64,000 bases of DNA from Alphaproteobacteria bacterium casp-alpha2. Its GTDB lineage: Bacteria > Pseudomonadota > Alphaproteobacteria > Rhodospirillales > Casp-alpha2. Under the pieces are notes generated by a model that was not told the origin of the DNA, searched no databases, and saw only the letters and a list, made by a program, of their open reading frames with translations. The position numbers and the translations under genes are program-made. The DNA lies in NCBI GenBank assembly GCA_001510075.1, contig LFEN01000034.1, positions 354-64,353 on the forward strand, read 5' to 3'. Shown here piece after piece: positions 35,218-43,797 of this stretch (positions within the stretch are counted from its first letter, which is position 1; each line of letters starts with the position of its first letter).

Positions 35218-35343
35218 GGCCGTTTCCTTTTTTTATCGTTTGCGCCATCTTTGGCGTGAAACATTGAACACATTTAAAATGACAATTGCTTGGCGTAATT
35301 ATGGCATTGTTGTGATGTTCGAGAATTAATCAGGGGAATCAAC

Positions 35344-36588
35344 GTGTCCAAATCAAAAAATTCAACCGGGAAAAGCCGTTCGTTCGTTACCCACCTTGAA
35401 TGTTCCGAAACCGGGGAACATCATCCGGCGGGGGTTTTGCATGGACTGTCGAAAGCCGGCCACCCGTTAGTTGTGGAATATGACCTGGATGCGTTGTCGG
35501 CGTCAGTGACGAAGGACACAGTCGCCGCCCGCCCGCCCGATATGTGGCGCTACCGGGAATTCCTGCCCATGGGCGGTGATGTTGAAATCATCAGCTTGGG
35601 AGAAAATATATCGCCGCTGATCCCGGTGCCGAGGACGCAAAAAAGGCTCGGCGTCGGCGAACTGCTGATTAAGGATGAAGGCCGGCTTCCGACCGGCTCG
35701 TTCAAGGGCCGGGGTATGGCCGTCGCCGTCAGTATGGCCAAGTCTTTCGGGGTGACGCGCATCGCCATCCCGACGGCGGGAAATGCCGGTGCCGGGTTGG
35801 CGGCCTATGCCAGCCGGGCCGGGATTGAATCCTATGTTTTCACCCCCGCCGACACCCCGGCAGTGACGGCCAGCGAAATCGCCTTCCACGGGGCTAAGGC
35901 GTGGATGGTGGATGGCTTTGTCGGCGACTGCGCCAAGGTCGTCGCCGATGGCGTCGAAGAAATGGGCTGGTTCGATTTCACCACCCTGAAGGAGCCTTAC
36001 CGCGTCGAGGGCAAGAAAACCATGGGGCTGGAAATAGCCGAACAGCTTGACTGGCACCTGCCGGATGTAATTTTTTTCCCCACCGGGGGTGGGGTTTGTC
36101 TAATCGCCATGTGGAAAGTGTTCAAGGAACTAAAGGCTATCGGCTGGCTGCAAGGACCGATGCCGCGCATGGTGGCGGTGCAATCCACCGGGTGTGGCCC
36201 CATCGTCAAGGCGTTCGACGCTGGCCAGCGGGTGGTGACGGAGCCTTGGGAAAATGTCACCACGCAAATTCATGGCGTTCGGGTGCCCTATCCCCTGGGC
36301 GGCAAGATGGTGTTGGATGTGCTCTACGAATCGGACGGTTTCGGCACGGCTGTCGATGATGAGGCCGTCGCCAAAGAGCGCGCAAGGGTGTGCGCCGAAG
36401 AGGGCCTGCATCTATGCCCCGAAGGCGCCGCCTGCCTCGTTGCCGTCGATATGGAGCGTCAATCCGGGCGGCTTGGGCCCCAAGACCGGGTGCTGGTGTT
36501 CAATACCGCATCGGGCTTGAAATCGCCGATGCCACCGATGAACAATCTGCTGGCCAAGGGCAAGCCCGTCGATTACGGGAGCCTTTAG
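35344..36588 (+). CDS. Threonine-synthase-family PLP enzyme
   Basis: GSFKGRGMAVAVS (PLP Lys), TAGNAGAGLAAYA and PTGGGV are present. GTG start with AGGGGA 7 nt upstream. 414 aa. Confidence 0.75.
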   Translation: MSKSKNSTGKSRSFVTHLECSETGEHHPAGVLHGLSKAGHPLVVEYDLDALSASVTKDTVAARPPDMWRYREFLPMGGDVEIISLGENISPLIPVPRTQKRLGVGELLIKDEGRLPTGSFKGRGMAVAVSMAKSFGVTRIAIPTAGNAGAGLAAYASRAGIESYVFTPADTPAVTASEIAFHGAKAWMVDGFVGDCAKVVADGVEEMGWFDFTTLKEPYRVEGKKTMGLEIAEQLDWHLPDVIFFPTGGGVCLIAMWKVFKELKAIGWLQGPMPRMVAVQSTGCGPIVKAFDAGQRVVTEPWENVTTQIHGVRVPYPLGGKMVLDVLYESDGFGTAVDDEAVAKERARVCAEEGLHLCPEGAACLVAVDMERQSGRLGPQDRVLVFNTASGLKSPMPPMNNLLAKGKPVDYGSL

Positions 36589-37334
36589 ACGACCGTAGCG
36601 CGGATTTCACCGACGCCGTCGACGCCGCCTTCCATGACGTCGCCCTTGGTGACCGGGCCAACGCCGGCGGGCGTGCCGGTGAAAATCAGGTCGCCGGGTT
36701 TAAGATCGAACAAGCCCGACAGGTAGGAAATGGTTTCCGGGATCGACCAGATCAACTGATTGACGTTGCCGTCCTGGCGGTTTTCACCGTTGACGTTGAG
36801 CCAAATGCGGCCTTCGGAAATGTGTCCGGTTTCCGTCACCGGGCGGAGCGGCCCGATGGGCCCGGAAAGCTCAAACGCCTTACCCACATCCCAGGGCCTG
36901 CCGGCCTTTTTGGCTTCGCCTTGAAGGTCGCGCCGGGTCATATCGAGGCCGACGCCATAGCCCCAGACATGGTCCAGCGCCTTGTCTTCGGAGATATCCG
37001 TGCCGCCCTTAGATAAGGCCACCACCAGCTCCATTTCAAAATGCACGTTGTCGGATTTTGGCGGATAGGGGAACTCGGCCCCCCCGGCCCCCCCGTCGTC
37101 TGGTCCGGCGGGGAACAGGTTGTCCGGCGATTTCTGGAAAAAGAATGGTGGTTCGCGGTCCGGGTCGTGACCCATTTCGCGGGCGTGCTCAGCGTAATTC
37201 CGCCCGACGCAATACACCCGGTGGACCGGGAAAAGGTCATCCGACCCGGCGATGGCGGCGCAGGGACGGGGAAGTTCTGGAATGACAAAGGCCAACGGGC
37301 AGCTCCTTGGGTTGTGGGGTGAAGGGGATAACAT
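36585..37334 (-). CDS. Fumarylacetoacetate hydrolase (FAH) family protein
   Basis: Contains VYCVGRNYAEHAREMG, ELVVAL and GDLIFTGTPAGVG. The true start may be the TTG at about 37295 (LAFVIPELP). Confidence 0.85.
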   Translation of the reverse strand: MLSPSPHNPRSCPLAFVIPELPRPCAAIAGSDDLFPVHRVYCVGRNYAEHAREMGHDPDREPPFFFQKSPDNLFPAGPDDGGAGGAEFPYPPKSDNVHFEMELVVALSKGGTDISEDKALDHVWGYGVGLDMTRRDLQGEAKKAGRPWDVGKAFELSGPIGPLRPVTETGHISEGRIWLNVNGENRQDGNVNQLIWSIPETISYLSGLFDLKPGDLIFTGTPAGVGPVTKGDVMEGGVDGVGEIRATVV

Positions 37335-37605
37335 TCTCTCTATATGACGTTTGGAGAATATATTCTAGTTGTCTTGTTTCCCTTCGATGCAGTATCCCTT
37401 CTTCTGAGCTTGCGGTTGGTCTATGGGCAGGCCTGCCTGAACCGGGAGTTCAACTGCCTGTTCGGTCCCGAGGGGCATTCAGGGCCACCGGCGGTATCTC
37501 AATAAAAACGCTGAACCAACGGCGGACAGGGGCTTTCAATAACCTGGGATAGTGTCGTCCGTGGTTTTCCACGGGCTTGTTTATGCTCGCACAGGGAGAG
37601 TCTCC

Positions 37606-38001
37606 ATGACGGACCATGAATACGAAGACGAATGGCTGATCGAATTCGTTCATGATTACGATGACGGATTCCAGGTTAACAAACGCGGCCTCGATGCGAC
37701 GCCGTTGGTTATCAAGAAGTTCGATATCGGCACGCAGGAGGTGATGGCGTTCTCCAGCCATCAGCGCGCTAACAAGGCAATCACCGCCTTTCATTTCCAT
37801 CCGGATTTCCCCCAGGATGCCCGGCAAGATTACATGTGGCGCCATAACGAAGGCTATGACATTGCCGTTTCCGTCGGTTCACGCTTGGCGGCGCAGCGCG
37901 CGCAGATGCTGCGTGTGTTCGGAGAACGGGTTTCCGGTTTCGGCCGTGGCCTGGCGGTGACGGCGCAGGCGCTGGCGCTTTACCTGGTCGCTGGTAGATA
38001 G
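37606..38001 (+). CDS. Hypothetical protein (131 aa), no recognisable family
   Basis: ATG with GGGAGAG 6 nt upstream. Acidic N-terminus (MTDHEYEDEWLIEFVHDYDD) and a hydrophobic C-terminus. No motif recognised. Confidence 0.4.
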   Translation: MTDHEYEDEWLIEFVHDYDDGFQVNKRGLDATPLVIKKFDIGTQEVMAFSSHQRANKAITAFHFHPDFPQDARQDYMWRHNEGYDIAVSVGSRLAAQRAQMLRVFGERVSGFGRGLAVTAQALALYLVAGR

Positions 38002-38049
38002 CCAAGACGCGCTCTGGCCTTAGCGGTTCGGGGCGGGTATCGTTGTGCC

Positions 38050-39204
38050 ATGAGTTCAACAAGCCACCCCGAAATCCGCGACGCCGTTCGTGCGCTGTGC
38101 CAGGACTTCCCAGGCGTTTACTGGCGCGGACTTGATCGCGAACGCGCCTATCCAACCGATTTCGTCAAGACACTGACGGACGCCGGTTTTCTTGGCGTTT
38201 TAATCCCCGAAGTTTACGGCGGCAGCGGTCTCGGCATTTCAGAAGCTGCCGCCATCCTGGGTGAAATCCATCGCTCCGGAGGCAACGGCGGTGCATGCCA
38301 CGCGCAGATGTACATGATGGGCACCGTGCTGCGTCACGGCACTGATGAGCAGAAACAAGAAATCCTGCCTAAAATCGCCAAAGGCGAACTTCGCCTGCAG
38401 GCTTTCGGGGTAACGGAACCGACCAGCGGCACCGATACCAGCCGCATCCGCACCCGGGCCGTGCGCGATGGCGACGATTATATCATCAACGGACAAAAGG
38501 TGTGGACATCGCGGGCCGAGCATTCGGACCTGATGTTAGTGCTCGCCAGAACGTCGCCCAGGGATGAAGGCAAAAAGCCGCACGACGGCATTTCGGTTTT
38601 CATCATCGACATGCAGGAGGCAAAATCAAAGGGCCTGACCATCAAGCCTTTGCGGGCGATGATCAATCACGCGACGACGGAAGTATTTTTCGATGATTTG
38701 CGTGTGCCTGCACGTAATTTGGTGGGAGAAGAAGGCAAAGGGTTCCGCTATTTGCTGGATGGCCTGAACGCAGAACGGATCCTTATTTCCGCCGAAGCCA
38801 TCGGTGATGCGCGCTGGTTTATTGAGCGTGCGTCTGCCTATGCCAATGAGCGCGAAGTTTTTGATCGGCCCATCGGCAGCAACCAGGGAATCCAGTTCCC
38901 GATCGCCCGCGCCTTTGCCGCCACCGAGGCTGCCGATTTGATGGTCGACAAGGCGATCGGTTTGTTTGATGCGGGCGAGCCTTGCGGGCCGGAAGCCAAC
39001 ATGGCGAAGCTGTTGGCGGCGGATGCCTCGTGGCAGGCGGCGGACATGTGTTTGCAAACCCACGGCGGTTTCGGCTTTGCCGAGGAATATGATGTTGAGC
39101 GCAAATTCCGCGAAACCCGCCTCTATCAGGTCGCGCCGATCTCGACCAACCTGATTCTCAGCTATATCGCCGAACATGTTTTGGGCCTGCCACGGTCGTT
39201 TTAG
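38050..39204 (+). CDS. Acyl-CoA dehydrogenase
   Basis: 384 aa. Contains FGVTEPTSGTD, YIINGQKVWTS and a C-terminal catalytic-Glu region (GGFGFAEEYDVERKFRE). Confidence 0.9.
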   Translation: MSSTSHPEIRDAVRALCQDFPGVYWRGLDRERAYPTDFVKTLTDAGFLGVLIPEVYGGSGLGISEAAAILGEIHRSGGNGGACHAQMYMMGTVLRHGTDEQKQEILPKIAKGELRLQAFGVTEPTSGTDTSRIRTRAVRDGDDYIINGQKVWTSRAEHSDLMLVLARTSPRDEGKKPHDGISVFIIDMQEAKSKGLTIKPLRAMINHATTEVFFDDLRVPARNLVGEEGKGFRYLLDGLNAERILISAEAIGDARWFIERASAYANEREVFDRPIGSNQGIQFPIARAFAATEAADLMVDKAIGLFDAGEPCGPEANMAKLLAADASWQAADMCLQTHGGFGFAEEYDVERKFRETRLYQVAPISTNLILSYIAEHVLGLPRSF

Positions 39205-39241
39205 GGGTTTAGCCCTCGATGATTATCGGCCATGACCCGGG

Positions 39242-39652
39242 TTAAGGCGGATCCTGATTGTTTTTTGGTCTTTTGCGGGGCGGGTGGAAGACGAAGGTGG
39301 CGATAACCAGCGCGCCGAAGGCCGTATAGAGGACGGTAAACATCCACGTCGGGGCGGAAAAATACAACAATCGGTCCAGCCAGTACTGGATGAAGCTTTC
39401 GCCCAGCCCTTCCGCGCCCGCCCGGTGACGTAATTCGCTTTCCCATGTCGTCAGCGGACACAATTCCCCCAGCCACTGCTGGACGACGACGAAGCCGATC
39501 GCTGCCAAATGGGCAAGACGAAGCGTCCTGTTTTTGGTCCAGCCCCAAGCCAATACCCATCCGGCCAGAATCATCCCTTGTCCGCCAACGACGAACAGCA
39601 CGAACAGGGCGTGGACGATGCCGACAACGTCGGCCCATAAGCCATAGTCCAT
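39242..39652 (-). CDS. DUF2784-like small membrane protein
   Basis: 136 aa, 4 TM helices, conserved-looking GELCPLTTWE motif. Confidence 0.55.
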   Translation of the reverse strand: MDYGLWADVVGIVHALFVLFVVGGQGMILAGWVLAWGWTKNRTLRLAHLAAIGFVVVQQWLGELCPLTTWESELRHRAGAEGLGESFIQYWLDRLLYFSAPTWMFTVLYTAFGALVIATFVFHPPRKRPKNNQDPP

Positions 39653-39756
39653 AGGGCGCGCCTCCCGCCATATCTACTACAGGATAGCCCTTTTTTTCCG
39701 GCGGGTCCTATGCCAGCCTTGGCGGAACCTGAAATAACGTAACGACAGGAGCCCCC

Positions 39757-40620
39757 GTGACCCTTGATATGGACCATTTGCGCCAATGGATCGGCCGCAC
39801 CGAAGACGCCCGCGACGTGGTGACGGCATCGCCGGTGGCGTGCCTGGCGGCGACGCTGGACCGGGACGACCCGGCACCGCAAACGGGTGATCCGCTGCCG
39901 CCCGGGGGGCATTGGCTTTATTTTTTGGCCGCCACCCGGCAATCGGAGCTGGATCAAAACGGCCATGCCAAAAAAGGCAATTTCCTGCCGCCGGTGCCGT
40001 TCGAGCGGCGCATGTGGGCAGGCGGGCGTATCCGGTTTGTGACGCCGCTGCATATCGGCGACGAGATTACCCGCCAATCTGAAATTTTGGATGTCGCGCC
40101 CAAGGAAGGCAAAAACGGGCCCCTGGTGTTTGTGCTGGTGCGCCACCGGATAACCGGTCCTGGCGGTCTCGCCATCGAAGAGGAACACGATATTGTTTAT
40201 CGGGGAGACTCTCCGGCAAGCCAAGCGCCGCCGCCACCGGAAAAGCCTGCCGCCGCGCAAGCCAACCCCCTTTGGCAACGGGAAATAAACCCCGACATCG
40301 CCATGCTGTTCCGCTATTCGGCGCTGATATTCAACGCCCACCGTATCCATTACGACCGCGATTACACGACCTTGGAAGAAGGCTATCCGGGTTTGATCGT
40401 GCATGGGCCGCTGATTGCGACGCTGTTGATGGACCTGTGCCGCCGCGAAAACCCGAAAGCAAATTTAACGCGCTTTGATTATCGGGCGCGCGGGCCGATC
40501 TTCGATGCCGGACCTTTTACCATCGCCGGGACGCCCGCTGATAATGCGCGCGCCGCGTCCCTTGAGGCGCGCGACCACGAAGGCCGGGTGGCGATGACGG
40601 CCGAAGCGGAATTCGGTTGA
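39757..40620 (+). CDS. MaoC-like (double hot-dog) acyl-CoA hydratase/dehydratase
   Basis: N-terminal FAS1-like dehydratase half plus C-terminal MaoC half (NAHRIHYDRDY, GLIVHGPLIATLL). GTG start with AGGAG 6 nt upstream. Confidence 0.75.
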   Translation: MTLDMDHLRQWIGRTEDARDVVTASPVACLAATLDRDDPAPQTGDPLPPGGHWLYFLAATRQSELDQNGHAKKGNFLPPVPFERRMWAGGRIRFVTPLHIGDEITRQSEILDVAPKEGKNGPLVFVLVRHRITGPGGLAIEEEHDIVYRGDSPASQAPPPPEKPAAAQANPLWQREINPDIAMLFRYSALIFNAHRIHYDRDYTTLEEGYPGLIVHGPLIATLLMDLCRRENPKANLTRFDYRARGPIFDAGPFTIAGTPADNARAASLEARDHEGRVAMTAEAEFG

Positions 40621-41888
40621 TGACGGGGGCCGCTAAACTTCCCCCGAAACTCCCCCCGAAACTTCCCCCGAAACTTCCCTTGTCCGGTATTCGGGTGCTT
40701 GATGTCTCGACCTTTATCGCCGCCCCCTATGCGGCTGGTATCTTGGGTGAATTCGGGGCCGAGGTTATCAAGGTCGAACGCCCCGATGGCGGCGATCCCA
40801 TGCGCCAGTTCGGCACACCTACGCAGCGCAGCGATTCAACGCTCGCCTGGCTGTCGGAAGGCCGCAATAAAAAATCCGTCACCCTCGATCTGAAACACCC
40901 CGAAGGCCAGGAATTGTTCCGGCAATTGGCGGCGCAATCGGATGTTATTTGCGAAAACTTCCGCCCCGGCACACTGGAGAAATGGAACCTCGGCCCCGCC
41001 GATCTGGAGGCTGACAACGAGGGTTTGATCTGGTTTCGCGTCACCGGCTATGGTCAGACCGGCCCTTACAAGGACCGGCCCGGCTTTGCCCGCGTCGCGC
41101 ATGGCGTTGGTGGGCTGACGCACTTGTCCGGGTTTCCGGGCGAAACCCCGGTGACGCCGGGCTCGACATCGCTGGGCGACTATATTTCCGGCCTGTTTGG
41201 CGTTATCGGCGTGATGATGGCGTTGCGCCACCGCGATGCCACTGGCCAGGGACAGGTTATCGACCTTGCCTTATTTGAATCCGTATTCCGGATGCTGGAT
41301 GAAATAGCACCCCGCTACGCCCGCGAAGGCACCATCCGGGAGCCGGAAGGGGCCGGCACGGTAAACGCCTGCCCGCACGGCCATTTCCCGACTGGCGACG
41401 GCAAATGGATCGCCATCGCCTGCACCACGGACAAGATGTTCGAACGCCTTTGCAAGGCCATGGACCAAGACGCAGGCGCGGGCGCGGCGGCGGGCGCGGG
41501 CTTGCTCGAAGCCTATGGCCAACAGGCGACCCGGCTGGCTGCGCGCGACGTGGTCAATGACGCGGTCAACCGGTGGACTGCTTCGCTTGACCGTGACGCC
41601 CTGATGCAGGTGTGTCTTGATTGCGAGGTTCCGGCGGGCCCCATAAACACCATCGCCGACATTTTCGACGACCCCCATTTCAAAGCCCGAAACGTGCTGA
41701 CATCGATGATGTTGGAGGATCTCGGCGAGATAGTCGTGCCCTCGCCGTTGCCGAAGTTGTCAAAAACGCCGGGTCAAATCACCCATCTCGGCCCCCGGTT
41801 GGGCCAGCACAATGATGAGGTTTATGGCGGGTTGCTCGGGGTTTCAGCGGTTGCGTTGGAAAAGCTCAAGGCCGAAGGGGTAATCTGA
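40617..41888 (+). CDS. Family-III CoA-transferase (CaiB/BaiF)
   Basis: Contains LSGIRVLDVSTFIAAPYAAGILGEFGAEVIKVERP and ENFRPGTLEKWNLG. The start overlaps the MaoC stop (TTG 40617 or ATG 40620). Confidence 0.85.
   Translation: MMTGAAKLPPKLPPKLPPKLPLSGIRVLDVSTFIAAPYAAGILGEFGAEVIKVERPDGGDPMRQFGTPTQRSDSTLAWLSEGRNKKSVTLDLKHPEGQELFRQLAAQSDVICENFRPGTLEKWNLGPADLEADNEGLIWFRVTGYGQTGPYKDRPGFARVAHGVGGLTHLSGFPGETPVTPGSTSLGDYISGLFGVIGVMMALRHRDATGQGQVIDLALFESVFRMLDEIAPRYAREGTIREPEGAGTVNACPHGHFPTGDGKWIAIACTTDKMFERLCKAMDQDAGAGAAAGAGLLEAYGQQATRLAARDVVNDAVNRWTASLDRDALMQVCLDCEVPAGPINTIADIFDDPHFKARNVLTSMMLEDLGEIVVPSPLPKLSKTPGQITHLGPRLGQHNDEVYGGLLGVSAVALEKLKAEGVI
40635..40682 (+). repeat. 12-nt tandem repeat AAACTTCCCCCG x4 (encodes KLPP-KLPP-KLPP-KLPL)
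   Basis: Read directly. Copy 2 has one T-to-C change, and copy 4 diverges at its last bases. Confidence 0.9.
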
Positions 41889-41956
41889 ACGCTGTGCTGC
41901 AGAGAACTTTATGCTTTTGATGGCCGCTCGGGTTATCTGGGTCAGCCCCATAGATT

Positions 41957-42970
41957 TTATCGAACCGACGCCTGGATGGCGCCGGCGGCGATAGAGGTCG
42001 CGCCGAGCGTTTGACGGCCATGGCTTGAAACCCCGGTGCGCCAGTCGCGGAGTTGCTGGGCGCGCTTGGTGGCGAACCGGGTCTTGGGGTCGCCTTTGGT
42101 CATGCGGTCAATTTCCCGCTTTTTTTTCAGCTCCATTTCCGCTTGCCGCATGGCGACCAGGTGCTGGGTGCCGAGGCCCCGGGATTTGGCGTCGCGCCAT
42201 TTTTCAAGCTGTTGGCTCCTGAATTGGGCCAGGGCTTCGGCGCCCCGGAGGGTCGGGTCTTCGGCCTCGCGGCCGGCGTCAAGCCTGGCCCTGAAACGTT
42301 TGTTCAGGCGTCCCATTCGGGCATGGTCAACAGGGATATATATGTTGGCGACCTGGGCAACGCTACGCCCCCCCTGGCCGCGCCAGAAGGCGGCGACTTT
42401 TTCCTTATAGGGGCCGTTCCGTTCCGGCGTCGTTGAATGGTAGTAGCCGGCAGCGTCCGTCCAATTGCCGGCCACCTTGAACATGTTTTTAAGGTAGGCG
42501 GCGGCGTAGGTAGTGTTGGCCTTGGGGTCAAAAGCTTCCTTTAAATTTTCGAAAGCGTGGCCGTGGTAATAGAGGTTGACCTGCATACAGCCGACGTCAA
42601 TGTTTCGCACCCCTTGGGTCATCAGGATTTCGACTTCGGCAACGGCTTCGGCCTTGGTATCGAAAAAACGGCCTTCACCGCCGGAAGTCACGGTCCAGGG
42701 CCAGGCAACATTTTCCCGCCGCCCGGCATCCCAGCGCCCCGATTCGGCCAGCGAAATGGCTTTCAACAGGTGTTTGGGCACGCCCATCCGCTGTTCCGTG
42801 CGTGCCGTTTCCGTGGCGCATAAATTCCAAGCATTATCAAAGGCTTGTGTAGGATTAGCCGATGCCGGCGAGGACTCCGCCAGCAGCCAAAAGACGATGA
42901 AAAACCCCAATATTCGGAAAAACGCTTTCACACTATTTACTCCCAAACCCTTTATTCCCGTGTTTACCAA
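41957..42970 (-). CDS. Lytic transglycosylase (SLT domain) with a charged C-terminal extension
   Basis: Contains LLKAISLAESGRW (catalytic Glu-Ser), WPWTV and IDVGCMQVN, plus an N-terminal signal/anchor. Confidence 0.8.
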   Translation of the reverse strand: MVNTGIKGLGVNSVKAFFRILGFFIVFWLLAESSPASANPTQAFDNAWNLCATETARTEQRMGVPKHLLKAISLAESGRWDAGRRENVAWPWTVTSGGEGRFFDTKAEAVAEVEILMTQGVRNIDVGCMQVNLYYHGHAFENLKEAFDPKANTTYAAAYLKNMFKVAGNWTDAAGYYHSTTPERNGPYKEKVAAFWRGQGGRSVAQVANIYIPVDHARMGRLNKRFRARLDAGREAEDPTLRGAEALAQFRSQQLEKWRDAKSRGLGTQHLVAMRQAEMELKKKREIDRMTKGDPKTRFATKRAQQLRDWRTGVSSHGRQTLGATSIAAGAIQASVR

Positions 42971-43110
42971 CGCAATGTCTGTGCCAAGCAGGAGTGCTAA
43001 GCCGGGGAGGAAAAATTAAACAGGATAAAAATACGGTTATTTGTAAAAAAACTAATTAAATCAAAACAATATGGTTCGTGAAAAACATATTCAAAAAAGT
43101 AAGATTATAA

Positions 43111-43139
43111 TTGACGTAAGTATCATCGGTGTGTATATT
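43111..43139 (+). promoter_or_regulatory. Near-consensus sigma70-type promoter TTGACG-17 nt-TATATT
   Basis: Read directly: TTGACG at 43111-43116 and TATATT at 43134-43139, with a spacer of exactly 17 nt, in a 289-nt AT-rich gap. Confidence 0.6.
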
Positions 43140-43145
43140 CACCCT

Positions 43146-43247
43146 CGCAACAACGGAAAGCCCGGCAACGACTGGGGCACTTTTCGAGTTGCGTTTCTTG
43201 GATGTTTCCTCCCAAACACTCGGGCCGCCCTTTGAGCGGCCCTTTTT
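43146..43247 (+). ncRNA. Candidate trans-acting sRNA (about 100 nt) with an exposed CCUCCC motif
   Basis: It begins about 7 nt after the -10 element. 5' stem CGCAAC (43146-51) / GTTGCG (43188-93). A single-stranded stretch contains UUCCUCCCAAA (43206-16). Terminator GGGCCGC-N7-GCGGCCC + U5 at 43222-43247. No ORF and no downstream plus-strand gene. Confidence 0.55.
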
Positions 43248-43259
43248 CTTGTCTGGGGT

Positions 43260-43787
43260 TCAGGGCAAACTTTCGTCACCGTCGCCCAGGGGGCGCTGCA
43301 TGATGACCTGATCAAGCCAGCGTCCTAATTTGAAGCCGACCGACGGCAGGGTGCCGATTTTCTCGAAACCCAGCTTGGCATGCAGGCTGATGGAGGCATC
43401 GTTGGCGGAATCGCCGATGATGGCGATCATCTGGCGGAACCCTTTGTCCGTGCAGCACTCGATCAGGTCTTGCAGCAACAGCCTGCCGATGCCCTGGCGG
43501 TGGGTGCCGACATCGACATAGACCGAATTCTCGACCGTGTGAAGATACGCCGGGCGGGGCCGGTAAGGGCCAGCATAGGCATATCCCTTAACGGTGTTCC
43601 CGACCACCGCGACCCGGTAGGGATAGCCATGGCGTAGAACATCGTCGCGCCGGCGCGTTACCTCTGCCACATCGGGGGGCGTTAGCTCCCAACTGGCCAG
43701 CCCTTCGAGTACATGGTGCGCGTAAATTTCCCGGATTGCCGTCATATCCGCATCTTCAACGTCGCGGATCAGAATATCGCCGTTCAT
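43260..43787 (-). CDS. GNAT-family N-acetyltransferase, phosphinothricin/methionine-sulfoximine acetyltransferase-like
   Basis: IRDVEDADMTAIREIYAHHV...SWELTPP...YVDVGTHRQGIGRLLL...LHAKLGF follows the PAT-type pattern. Confidence 0.8.
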   Translation of the reverse strand: MNGDILIRDVEDADMTAIREIYAHHVLEGLASWELTPPDVAEVTRRRDDVLRHGYPYRVAVVGNTVKGYAYAGPYRPRPAYLHTVENSVYVDVGTHRQGIGRLLLQDLIECCTDKGFRQMIAIIGDSANDASISLHAKLGFEKIGTLPSVGFKLGRWLDQVIMQRPLGDGDESLP

Positions 43788-43797
43788 GGGCCTGTCT

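Noticed and set aside
35053-35259. 68-aa plus-strand ORF in the EAL/ThrC intergenic region
   Set aside because: It has no RBS and odd composition, and it runs against the only terminator in the region. The minus-strand unit explains the signals better.
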